From the NCBI GenBank assembly GCA_963805975.1, contig CAWDVR010000002.1, forward strand, positions 960,001 to 1,024,000: DNA of 64,000 nucleotides, in the 5' to 3' direction. Each line of letters starts with the position of its first letter. The stretch's first letter is position 1. The notes beneath the pieces were generated by a model, which saw nothing but the letters and a program-made list of their open reading frames with translations, did no database searches and was not told where the DNA came from. Position numbers and translations under genes: made by a program. This DNA is from an uncultured Acidobacteriota bacterium (GTDB lineage Bacteria; Acidobacteriota; Thermoanaerobaculia; Multivoradales; SZUA-115). Shown piece by piece: positions 35,927-44,284 of the stretch.

Positions 35927-36610
35927 ATGACCCCGCTTCTCTTCTGGGACGTAGACACCCAGATCGACTTCATGAAGGCCGACGGCAAGCTCTACGTGCC
36001 GGACGCCGAGAGCGTGATCCCCAATCTCGCCCGGCTGACCCGGGCGGCGCTCGAGCACCGCATTCCGGTCGTCTCCTCGGCCGACGATCACGAGCCGGGC
36101 GATCCCGAGCTTTCCGACACACCGGACTTCCGCGAGACCTATCCCCCCCACTGCCTGCGCGGCACCCCGGGCGTGCGGCGCATCCCCGAGACCGTGCGGG
36201 AAGGCGCGGTCGAGGTCGGCCACGAGCCGCTCTCCGACGACGAGATCGCCCGCCTTGCGGCGAGCAAGCCGCCGGTCATCCTGATCCACAAGAAGCGCTT
36301 CGACGTGTTCTCGAACCCGAACACCGAAAGGCTCGTGCGCGCCCTCGACCCGCGGCGCATCGTGGTCTACGGCGTGGCGCTCGACGTGTGCAATCGCTAC
36401 GCGATCGACGGCCTGCTGACGCGCGGCTTCGCTGGCATCGAGCTGGTCACCGACGCGACCAAGCCCATCCACGCCGAGGACGCGGCGGCGCTGCTCGCGG
36501 GTTGGGAGGCGCGGGGAGTGAAGCTCACGACCACGGAGATGGTGGTCCCCCGCCTGCAACCCTCGTCAGGCCGCCATGATGTTGCGCAAGAAGGCCGGAT
36601 AGGACTGTGA
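35927..36610 (+). CDS. pncA: Nicotinamidase/isochorismatase-family cysteine hydrolase
   Basis: DVDTQIDF, DDH, PPHCLRGT, KKRFDVF, GVALDVC. Confidence 0.85.
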   Translation: MTPLLFWDVDTQIDFMKADGKLYVPDAESVIPNLARLTRAALEHRIPVVSSADDHEPGDPELSDTPDFRETYPPHCLRGTPGVRRIPETVREGAVEVGHEPLSDDEIARLAASKPPVILIHKKRFDVFSNPNTERLVRALDPRRIVVYGVALDVCNRYAIDGLLTRGFAGIELVTDATKPIHAEDAAALLAGWEARGVKLTTTEMVVPRLQPSSGRHDVAQEGRIGL

Positions 36611-37255
36611 CCGGGCCGCGGCGAGGTCGAAGGCGGTCAACCCGTCCAGGAAAGCCTCGACAGTCGCGGTAAACACAGCGTCCATCGCGGAGTCATTGGG
36701 GAACGCTTCGAACGCCAGGGAGCAATAGGCCTTCCCGGCTACTTCCAGGTCCGTCAGCTCGAACCCGAGGCCGCGATCGACCAAGGTCTTCCCATCGACT
36801 TCTTGAGCCTTCCCCGTCAAAGTGTCCAGCCGCACCTTGCGCAGCGCACGAGTCTTCCGAACCGAGGCCGTCACCAGCCCCGTCTCCTCTCCCGCGCCGA
36901 AGAGTCCTTCATACGCAGCCGGGGTGTTCTTGTACGACCACTTGATCCAGCGTTCGACCTCCCCCTGATGTCGGCCGCAGAACACTTGCCTGCCGAGAGA
37001 AGAGACCAGGCCCTTGATTTGCAGCTCGCCTTCGCGCCATTTGATGCCCATGTCGTCGCTACCGGGTACGAGCAGATAGACGTCGGGCCGGTCCCCGAGC
37101 CGGCCCTTCCATTCCGGCGGCCCGACCTCAGGACTCTTGGAGATCGTCACCGGAGCCATGGTCTCGAACCAGCGAGTCAATGATTCGTGCTGGTTGGACT
37201 TCCCTTCAAAAAACCACCGGACCTCGTGACTGGCCAGCGGGATGGTCTTTGCCAT
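36566..37255 (-). CDS. Hypothetical protein, possibly CYTH-like; atypical composition
   Basis: SD GGAGG; EVRWFF, DVYL, IKWREGELQIK, VRKTR, ELT, FEA pattern; more A/T-ending codons than its neighbours. Confidence 0.65.
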   Translation of the reverse strand: MAKTIPLASHEVRWFFEGKSNQHESLTRWFETMAPVTISKSPEVGPPEWKGRLGDRPDVYLLVPGSDDMGIKWREGELQIKGLVSSLGRQVFCGRHQGEVERWIKWSYKNTPAAYEGLFGAGEETGLVTASVRKTRALRKVRLDTLTGKAQEVDGKTLVDRGLGFELTDLEVAGKAYCSLAFEAFPNDSAMDAVFTATVEAFLDGLTAFDLAAARSQSYPAFLRNIMAA

Positions 37256-37281
37256 CGTACGATCCTCCCTCGTTCGCCGAG

Positions 37282-37971
37282 CTACCCCGTCAGCTCCGGC
37301 AGCATCGTCGCCGCCTCGATCAAGTCCGCTGCCACCCAGTCCGCGCCCGCTTCGGCCAACCGCTCGACCGGGGTGCGGCCGGTGGCGACGGCCAGGACCG
37401 GAACGCCGTGCGCCTTGGCGCAGGCCACGTCGTGCACCGTGTCGCCGATGATCAGCGCCTCCTCCGGTGCGAAGCGCCGGCCGGTCGCGGCCTCGGCCCG
37501 TGCCAGGGCCGCCGGCACCAGCTCCGGACGCTCGATGCCGTCGTCGCCGAAGCTGCCGAACGGGAAGTGGCGGTTCAGGTCGAACCGGTCGAGCTTGGCC
37601 CGCGCGCCGGGCTCCCAGTTGCCGGTCAGGAGCGCGAGCGTGTGCTCGCCGCGCTCCGCGAGGCCGGTCAGCGTCTGCTCGACCCCGGGCATCAGGCGCA
37701 TGGAGTCGCGACAGAGCCCCGCCTCGAGCCGGCCGAGGTAGAGCTCGCGCATGCGCGGCAGACGGGAGCGCACCTCGTCCGCATCGAGCCCTGCCGTGGC
37801 CATCAGCTCGAGCACGATCTGGCCATCCGTCTTGCCCCCGAAGTCGTAGCCCGCGATCTCACCCGCAGTGCCGAAGACCTCCACCAGGCAGGCGGCGAAA
37901 ATCTCTCCCGCCTGCCGGCCGCAGGTGAGGAGCGTGCCGTCGATGTCGAAGAGGAGAAGGCGCGTCTTCAC
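37282..37971 (-). CDS. HAD-family hydrolase (phosphoglycolate phosphatase-like)
   Basis: LFDIDGTLL, LLTGN, IIGDTVHD; GTGA overlap start. Confidence 0.9.
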   Translation of the reverse strand: MKTRLLLFDIDGTLLTCGRQAGEIFAACLVEVFGTAGEIAGYDFGGKTDGQIVLELMATAGLDADEVRSRLPRMRELYLGRLEAGLCRDSMRLMPGVEQTLTGLAERGEHTLALLTGNWEPGARAKLDRFDLNRHFPFGSFGDDGIERPELVPAALARAEAATGRRFAPEEALIIGDTVHDVACAKAHGVPVLAVATGRTPVERLAEAGADWVAADLIEAATMLPELTG

Positions 37972-38774
37972 CGCCACGCCACGGGCTTCTTGGTCTCGAG
38001 AAACGTCGAGATCCCGTGCCGGCAATCCGCGGTGGCGCGGGCGGCGGCGTTGGCCGCCACGGCGCGTTCCAGGGCGTCCTCGAGCGGCCGGCCGAAGACC
38101 TCGAGCAGCAACCTCTTGGTGCGCGCGATGGACTCCGAGCTCGCCCGGCCCAGCACCTCGGCGGCGAGCGCCTCGCCGGCCGCCGCCAGCTCCTCGCGCG
38201 GCACCACGCGGTTGGCGAGGCCGATGGCCAAGGCCTTCTCGGCGCCGACCGGCTCCGGGTTGAGCAGCATCTCGCGCAGGTCCGAGCCCCGGAGGCGCAG
38301 CGGCAGGTAGGTCGCCACCAGCGCCGCCACGAAACCGATCCGCACCTCGCTGTAGAGGAACTTGGCGTCGTCCCCGGCGAGCACGAAGTCGTGCGCCGTG
38401 GCGAGGCCGCAGCCGCCCGCCACGCAGGAGCCGTGCACCAGGGCAATGGTGAGCGCCTCTTGCCGCAGCACGGCCTCGAAGAGCCCGCGCAGGCGCTCGG
38501 AGTCCTCGCGGTTGTCTTCGGGGCTCGCGTCGAGCAGCGAGCGCAGGTGCTCCAGATCGGCACCGGCCGAGAAGTGCCGGCCGGCGCCGGCGAGCAGGAT
38601 GGCCCGCACGCCTTCGTCGCGCCACGGCCGGCGGTAGAGCGCGGTCAGCTCGGCGAGGAGCGGCGGCGAGAGCGCGTTGGCGCGCTCGGTGTTGGCGAGC
38701 GTCACCCACAGCAGGTCGTCCTGCCGGCGGACCTCGAGATACCGGTGCTCGCTCGGAGTGGGGTCGCCGGCCAA
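37968..38774 (-). CDS. liuC: Enoyl-CoA hydratase (methylglutaconyl-CoA hydratase-like)
   Basis: RANALS, FSAGADL, AGGCGL, SEVRIG. Confidence 0.8.
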   Translation of the reverse strand: MAGDPTPSEHRYLEVRRQDDLLWVTLANTERANALSPPLLAELTALYRRPWRDEGVRAILLAGAGRHFSAGADLEHLRSLLDASPEDNREDSERLRGLFEAVLRQEALTIALVHGSCVAGGCGLATAHDFVLAGDDAKFLYSEVRIGFVAALVATYLPLRLRGSDLREMLLNPEPVGAEKALAIGLANRVVPREELAAAGEALAAEVLGRASSESIARTKRLLLEVFGRPLEDALERAVAANAAARATADCRHGISTFLETKKPVAWR

Positions 38775-38777
38775 CCT

Positions 38778-39128
38778 CTAACCCTTTTCCAGCCCCAGCT
38801 CGCCGGCCAGCTCGTCCGGCACGTCGAGCTCCAGCGTCAGCAGGCCCTGGCCGTGGGTCTTGCCCTGGGCGTCCGTCTTCAGGCTCTCGGTGCCGCCGCC
38901 GCCCAGGGAATCGTGGAGGATGAAGTTCAGGGCCAGCAGGTTCGGCACTTCGTAGCGGTCCACCCGGCCGCGGCAGACTTCGCGGAAGTGCTGCTTCACC
39001 CGCTCCGACGTCAGCTCGCGGCGCAGCAGCTCGTAGGCCGCGGGCGTGTAGGCGACGAGGCCGACGTTCGAGGCGTCGCCCTTGTCTCCCGAGCGGGCGT
39101 GGGCGATGGCGCCCAAGGCCACTTTCAC
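38778..39128 (-). CDS. AtuA C-terminal-like small protein
   Basis: AHARSGDKGD, LGGGGTESLKTDAQGKT. Confidence 0.85.
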   Translation of the reverse strand: MKVALGAIAHARSGDKGDASNVGLVAYTPAAYELLRRELTSERVKQHFREVCRGRVDRYEVPNLLALNFILHDSLGGGGTESLKTDAQGKTHGQGLLTLELDVPDELAGELGLEKG

Positions 39129-39445
39129 GGCGCGGCCTCGGCCGGCATCAGGGCCGCGATCCCCAGTCCCAAGGCCTCGCGGTGGCGGACGACGAGCACC
39201 CCGAGCACCACCCACCCCGCGGCGAGGACGGCGAGTGCCAGCGCCGGGCGGGCCGTGAAGCTCCGGTGGAGGGCGAAAGCGTAGGCGGCACCGGCGGCGA
39301 GCGCCCAGGCGAGGAAGGCCGGCCGGTCCGCCACGGCGCTCGCGAGAAAGCCGACGACGAGCGTGGGCCCGAGGCCGACCAGGAGCCAGCGGCGCCAGCG
39401 CGTGTTCATCGGGGCCGTGAGTGAGAGATCCAGGCGGCTGCTCAC
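39125..39445 (-). CDS. Small membrane protein (about three TM helices)
   Basis: GTGA overlaps at both ends; hydrophobic segments. Confidence 0.6.
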   Translation of the reverse strand: MSSRLDLSLTAPMNTRWRRWLLVGLGPTLVVGFLASAVADRPAFLAWALAAGAAYAFALHRSFTARPALALAVLAAGWVVLGVLVVRHREALGLGIAALMPAEAAP

Positions 39446-40821
39446 ACTTCCTCCACGGTGACCACGACATGGTCCTCCACCACCTCGCGCGCCAGGAGCG
39501 CCGGCCAGTAGGCGACGATGCGCTGCGGCTTGGGACGGCCCCCGGCGAAACCGGTCACCCCCGGCGGCCCCGCGGTGACGAGCGGCGCGATCTCCTTGCC
39601 GAAACGCTCGACCCGCGCCGGATCGGCATCGCGCACCCCGAGGCGGAGCACCACCTCCGGCGGCTCCGTGGGCACCGGCTGGAGGCCGGGCAGGCAGGCG
39701 CCCAGGCCCAGGTACTCTTCGGAGCGGTGCTCGGGGTCGAACGAGCAGCCGGCGCGCTCCAGGCGCTTCCACACGATCTCGGCCGCCAGCCGTGCCTTCT
39801 CGACCGCCCGCGGGCCGGCGAGCGTGATCTCGCCGCTCGCCTTGTAGCCCGCGAGATAGGAGGCCGAGACCTTGAGAAACGGCGTGTGGGGCCGCCCGCG
39901 AACTCCGGAGACGCGCACCCGGTCCGGGCCTTCCTGCGCGAGCCGGATCGAGGTGAAGTCGGCGATCACGTCCGGGGTGATGTAGTGGGCCGGGTCGCCC
40001 ATCTCGTAAACCAACTGCTCGGAAACCGTGTCTATGGTGACCATACCGCCGGTGCCCGAATGCTTGGTGACCACAAACGAACCGTCCGCCGAAGCCTCCG
40101 CGATGGGGTAGCCCGCGTTCCACAGCTCCGGAACCTCCCAGAAGCGGCTGAAGTTGCCGCCCGTGGCCTGGGCACCGCACTCGAGAATGTGGCCCGCAAT
40201 AGTGCCCGCCGCCAGGCGATCCCAGTCGTCCCCCGCCCAGCCGAACTCATACGCCAGTGGTGCCAGGGCGAGGGCGGTGTCGGTCACGCGACCGCAGAGC
40301 ACGATGAGCGCTCCCTGCTCCAGGGCCTGGCACACTGGCTGCGCGCCCAGGTAGGCGTTGGCGGAGGTCACGCGGTCGAGGAGGGGGGCCAGGGGCGCGC
40401 CGCTGTCCATGTTCTCGAACGGGTGGCCGGCCGCGATCAGGCCGGGGAGGCGCGGCAGCAGGTCGTCGCCCTCCACCACCCCCACCCGGACGCCCGAAAC
40501 GCCCAGCTCGCGCGCCACTTCGAAGATCTTCGCGCGGCAGGCCCGCGGGTTGAGGCCGCCGGCGTTGGTGAGCACGCGAACGTTCTGCTCTTTGAGCCGG
40601 GGAAGAACGCGGCGAATGAAGTCGATGAAGTCGGTGGCGTAGCCCAGCGCGGGGTCGCGGAGCTTCTGGCGCATCATGATCGAGAGGGTCACCTCGGCGA
40701 GGTAGTCCATCCCGATGTAGTCGATCGGACCGCCGGAGAGCAGCTCTACCGGCGCGTCGACGTTGTCGCCCCAGAAGCCCTGCCCATTGCCCACCCGCAC
40801 CGTTCGCTTGAGCGCCGTCAT
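39442..40821 (-). CDS. atuA: Acyclic terpene utilization AtuA family protein (DUF1446)
   Basis: GFWGD, DYLAEVT, TNAGGLNP, AGHILECGAQATGGN, YITPDV. Confidence 0.92.
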   Translation of the reverse strand: MTALKRTVRVGNGQGFWGDNVDAPVELLSGGPIDYIGMDYLAEVTLSIMMRQKLRDPALGYATDFIDFIRRVLPRLKEQNVRVLTNAGGLNPRACRAKIFEVARELGVSGVRVGVVEGDDLLPRLPGLIAAGHPFENMDSGAPLAPLLDRVTSANAYLGAQPVCQALEQGALIVLCGRVTDTALALAPLAYEFGWAGDDWDRLAAGTIAGHILECGAQATGGNFSRFWEVPELWNAGYPIAEASADGSFVVTKHSGTGGMVTIDTVSEQLVYEMGDPAHYITPDVIADFTSIRLAQEGPDRVRVSGVRGRPHTPFLKVSASYLAGYKASGEITLAGPRAVEKARLAAEIVWKRLERAGCSFDPEHRSEEYLGLGACLPGLQPVPTEPPEVVLRLGVRDADPARVERFGKEIAPLVTAGPPGVTGFAGGRPKPQRIVAYWPALLAREVVEDHVVVTVEEV

Positions 40822-40848
40822 GTTCTTTGCAAGGTTAGCATGCCAAGT

Positions 40849-41226
40849 ATGGCCAGCAAGGGCAGGGGATATCGCACGGTGGAGGTGGAGGGTTTCGCCA
40901 TCCTCATCGGGAAGGGCGACACCGAAAATGACGCGTTAACTTTCCAGGTGGCCGATCCGGCGGACTTCTGGCTGCACGTGGCCGGCTACCAGGGGAGTCA
41001 CGTGGTGGTCCGCAACCCGGATCGCCTGGCCGAGCTGCCGCGGCCGGTGCTGGAGCGCGCCGCGGAGCTCGCCGCCTGGCACTCCAAGGCGCGCAATGCC
41101 AGAGGAAAGGTCGAGGTGCACCTGTGCCGGGTGTCGGACGTAGGCAAGCCCAGGGGGTTCGCCCCGGGAAAGGTGGAGCTCTCGCGCTGGACCTCGCTCA
41201 AGGTGTACGTGAGGGACTCGGCATGA
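40849..41226 (+). CDS. Stand-alone NFACT-R (DUF814) RNA-binding domain protein
   Basis: ILIGKGDTENDALT, DFWLHVAGYQGSHVV, AAELAAWHSK, KPRGFAPGKV. Confidence 0.85.
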   Translation: MASKGRGYRTVEVEGFAILIGKGDTENDALTFQVADPADFWLHVAGYQGSHVVVRNPDRLAELPRPVLERAAELAAWHSKARNARGKVEVHLCRVSDVGKPRGFAPGKVELSRWTSLKVYVRDSA

Positions 41227-41278
41227 GCTGTCCGTCTAAGGAGTGTCGTTCTCTGCGCAAGCGCAAGGGAGGCCATCA

Positions 41279-41587
41279 GTGATTTACGAGAGGCTCAATA
41301 CCGAGATGCGCCGTACCGTGGACGTGTACGTACTTCGTCTGCTGCCGCTGTCCTGGCAGGGCCGAACCTCCCTGCTGGCCGAGGCCTCGACACCGTTCGA
41401 GGAGCAGTTCGAGGGCAACGCCGCCGAGCTCGCCGCCCGCGGCTTCATCACCGCCGTGCTCGAGCGCCTCGACGACGTGGCCGAGGTCGACGACCCGCAT
41501 CAGGCGCTGCTGCTCTCGCGCTCCCTCCTCCCCGAGCACCGCAGCCGGGCGGAGGCCTACATCGAGGAGTCCTGGACGGTCCACTGA
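41279..41587 (+). CDS. Hypothetical protein
   Basis: SD GGAGG before GTG; normal high-GC codon usage. Confidence 0.6.
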   Translation: MIYERLNTEMRRTVDVYVLRLLPLSWQGRTSLLAEASTPFEEQFEGNAAELAARGFITAVLERLDDVAEVDDPHQALLLSRSLLPEHRSRAEAYIEESWTVH

Positions 41588-41673
41588 GCGCCGGCAGGCG
41601 GTGCTCCTTGAGGAGCGCGGGAAAAACCACGTATACTCCACACCGTGGAATTTCCGCAATCCGGAGAATCGTC

Positions 41674-41970
41674 GTGAGAAAGCAGGCTCAGCTCATCCGC
41701 CCCGTGCGGCGCGGACAGGTGACCCTCCCCCGAGAGTTCCGGCGCTCGCTGGGCATCGAAGACGACTCTCTCCTCGAGATCCGTCTTGCTGGTGACCGCA
41801 TCGAGCTCCGGCCGATGGTGGTCCGGCCCGCGACCGGCTCGGAGTGGGCGCGCGACCTGCACAGGCTCTTCGAACCTGTACGCAAGGCGGCTCGGAAGAT
41901 GACCGAGCCGGAGGTCGACGAGCTGATCGACCAGAGCGTGAGCGAGGTGCGCCGAGGACGCGATGGCTAG
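41674..41970 (+). CDS. vapB: AbrB/MazE-type antitoxin
   Basis: RGQVTLPREFRRSLGI; overlaps the PIN gene. Confidence 0.85.
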   Translation: MRKQAQLIRPVRRGQVTLPREFRRSLGIEDDSLLEIRLAGDRIELRPMVVRPATGSEWARDLHRLFEPVRKAARKMTEPEVDELIDQSVSEVRRGRDG

Positions 41971-42382
41971 GGCTGTACTCGACACCAACGTCTTCCTGCG
42001 CGCCCTGCTCAACCCCCACTCCCGCTGCGGACGCCTCCTCGGGGAGCTGGCCCACCGCTACGAGCTGATCGTCTCTCCGGACGTCGTCCGCGAGATCATC
42101 GAGGTTCTCCAGCGCCCGCGCCTACGAACCAAGTTCCCGCAGCTCGCCGCCGTCGATCCTCGGCAGATCCTCGAGCTCTTCGAGAAAGCCGACGTGGTCG
42201 AGCCTGTGGAGGTCCCGACCGTTTGCCGGGATCCGGACGACGACAAGTTCCTTGCGTGCGCGGTCGAAGGCCGGGCCGACTTCATCGTCACCGAAGACCG
42301 AGATCTGCTGGATCTCGGGGCTCACCAGGGAACGCGGATCTGTAGGCCAGCCGAGTTCATTGCAGAGCTAGAAGCAGTGTGA
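41963..42382 (+). CDS. vapC: PIN-domain toxin (TIGR00305-like)
   Basis: VLDTNV, CRDPDDDKFLACA, IVTEDRDLL. Confidence 0.92.
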   Translation: MARAVLDTNVFLRALLNPHSRCGRLLGELAHRYELIVSPDVVREIIEVLQRPRLRTKFPQLAAVDPRQILELFEKADVVEPVEVPTVCRDPDDDKFLACAVEGRADFIVTEDRDLLDLGAHQGTRICRPAEFIAELEAV

Positions 42383-42386
42383 GCCC

Positions 42387-44051
42387 CTACGTCTGCAGCA
42401 CCCCGGTCTTGAACTCCGGGAGGTCTGGGTTCTCGGCCGCGGCTGCCAGGGAGCGGGCGAGCACCTCGCGAGTCTCGGCCGGGTCGATGATGGCGTCGAC
42501 CCACAGCCGGGCGGCGGCGTAGCGCGGGTCCATGGCCGCCGCGTACCGCGCTTCGATCTCCGAGAGGCGCTGTTTCTTCTCCTCCTCCGACACCTCGTCG
42601 CCCCGGTTCTTGAGCTGGATGGCAAGGAGCGTCTTCGAAGCCTGGGAGCCTCCCATCACCGCGATCGCCGCCGAGGGCCAGGCGTAGAGGAAGCGCGCGC
42701 CGTAGGCTTTGCCGCACATCGCGTAGTTGCCGGCGCCGTAGGAGTTGCCCATGAAGAGGGTGATCTTGGGCACGGTCGAGTTGGCGACCGCGTTCACCAT
42801 CTTGGCCCCGTCCTTGATGATGCCGCCGCGCTCGGCGCGGCTCCCCACCATGAAGCCGGTGACGTCTTGCAGGAAGAGGAGCGGGATCTTCTTCTGGTTG
42901 CAGAGCTCGACGAAGCGGGCGCCCTTGTCCGCCGAGTCCGAGTAGATGACGCCGCCGATTTGCAGCTCCTTGTCCTTGGCGCCGGTGCCAGTCTGGCGGC
43001 CGACGATCGAGCGCTGGTTGGCTACCACCCCCACCACCCGCCCGCCGATCCAGCCCGTGCCGCAGACCAACGTGCGGCCGTAGGTGGCTTTGTACTCGTC
43101 GAAGTCGCTGGCGTCGAGCAGCCGGGCGAGGATCTCGTAGGTGTCGTAGGGCCGCGCGCGGTCGACCGGCATCACGCCGTAGAGCTCCTCGACCGGGTAG
43201 AGAGGTGGTCGCGCCTCTCGCCGCGCGAAGGGCGCCGCCTCGCCACGGGCGAGCTGGGCGAGCTGGCTCCGCATCTTGACCAGGCAGGCGGCGTCGCTCT
43301 CGTGGCGGTGATCCACCACGCCCGAGACGTCGCACTGGACCAGCGCGCCGCCCAGCTCCTCGTTGTCGATCTGCTCGCCGATCGCCGCCCTCACCAGGTG
43401 GGCGCCGGCGAGGAAGATCGAGCCGGTGCCGGAGACGATGTGGCACTCGTCGCTCATCACGGGCAGGTAGGCGCCGCCCGCCACGCACGAGCCCATGATC
43501 GCCGCCATCTGGAAGACGCCCGCCGCCGACAGCCGCGCGTTGTTGTAGAAGGCGCGGCCGAAGTGATCGCGGTCGGCGAAGATCTCGTCCTGCATCGGCA
43601 GGTAGACGCCGGCGGAATCCACCAGGTAGACGATCGGCAGCCGGTTCTCGAGCGCCATCTCCTGGGCGCGGAGCACCTTCTTCGCAGTGAGCGGGAACCA
43701 GGCACCGGCCTTGACGGTGGCGTCGTTGGCCACCACCAGCATGTCGCGGCCCTCGATGCGGCCGACGCCCACCACCACTCCCGCGGCCGGCGCTCCGCCG
43801 TGCTCGGCATAGAAGCCGTGCGCGGTCCACAGGCCCAGCTCCAGGAACGGCGTGCCGGGGTCGCAGAGCGCCGCCACCCGCTCGCGCGCCGTCATCTTGC
43901 CCAGGGCGCGCTGCTTCTCCTGCGCTTTCTCGCCGCCACCCCGGCGGATCACGGTCTCTTCCTGCCGCAGCCGCTCGACCTCGGCGCGCCAGTGCTCCGC
44001 CTGCCGCGTGAAGGCGTCGTTCTTCTGGAGCTTGGACTCGATCACCGCCAC
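42387..44051 (-). CDS. liuB: Acyl-CoA carboxylase carboxyltransferase (methylcrotonyl-CoA carboxylase beta-like)
   Basis: GKMTARERV, ANDATVKAG, VDSAG, GSCVAGGAY, GFMVG, SYGAGNYAMCG. Confidence 0.88.
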   Translation of the reverse strand: MAVIESKLQKNDAFTRQAEHWRAEVERLRQEETVIRRGGGEKAQEKQRALGKMTARERVAALCDPGTPFLELGLWTAHGFYAEHGGAPAAGVVVGVGRIEGRDMLVVANDATVKAGAWFPLTAKKVLRAQEMALENRLPIVYLVDSAGVYLPMQDEIFADRDHFGRAFYNNARLSAAGVFQMAAIMGSCVAGGAYLPVMSDECHIVSGTGSIFLAGAHLVRAAIGEQIDNEELGGALVQCDVSGVVDHRHESDAACLVKMRSQLAQLARGEAAPFARREARPPLYPVEELYGVMPVDRARPYDTYEILARLLDASDFDEYKATYGRTLVCGTGWIGGRVVGVVANQRSIVGRQTGTGAKDKELQIGGVIYSDSADKGARFVELCNQKKIPLLFLQDVTGFMVGSRAERGGIIKDGAKMVNAVANSTVPKITLFMGNSYGAGNYAMCGKAYGARFLYAWPSAAIAVMGGSQASKTLLAIQLKNRGDEVSEEEKKQRLSEIEARYAAAMDPRYAAARLWVDAIIDPAETREVLARSLAAAAENPDLPEFKTGVLQT

Positions 44052-44284
44052 GCAGTTCTCTCCCTTTGAAGGCGCGCGCATTATAGAAGCGTGGGCATTG
44101 CTTGGAACGGGCCCGACCGGGAACGAGCGCAAGAGCGGGCGCCCGCAGCCCAAGATGTCTCTTCAAGGGTCTACGCCAAAGGCGCGAACCCGCCCCCACT
44201 CTCATCCGTATCAAGCACAGACTCTCTCGACCCGCTGACCCCCACGGCCGCGAGCGGCGGCCACGGCTCTCAGGAGCGCGAACG

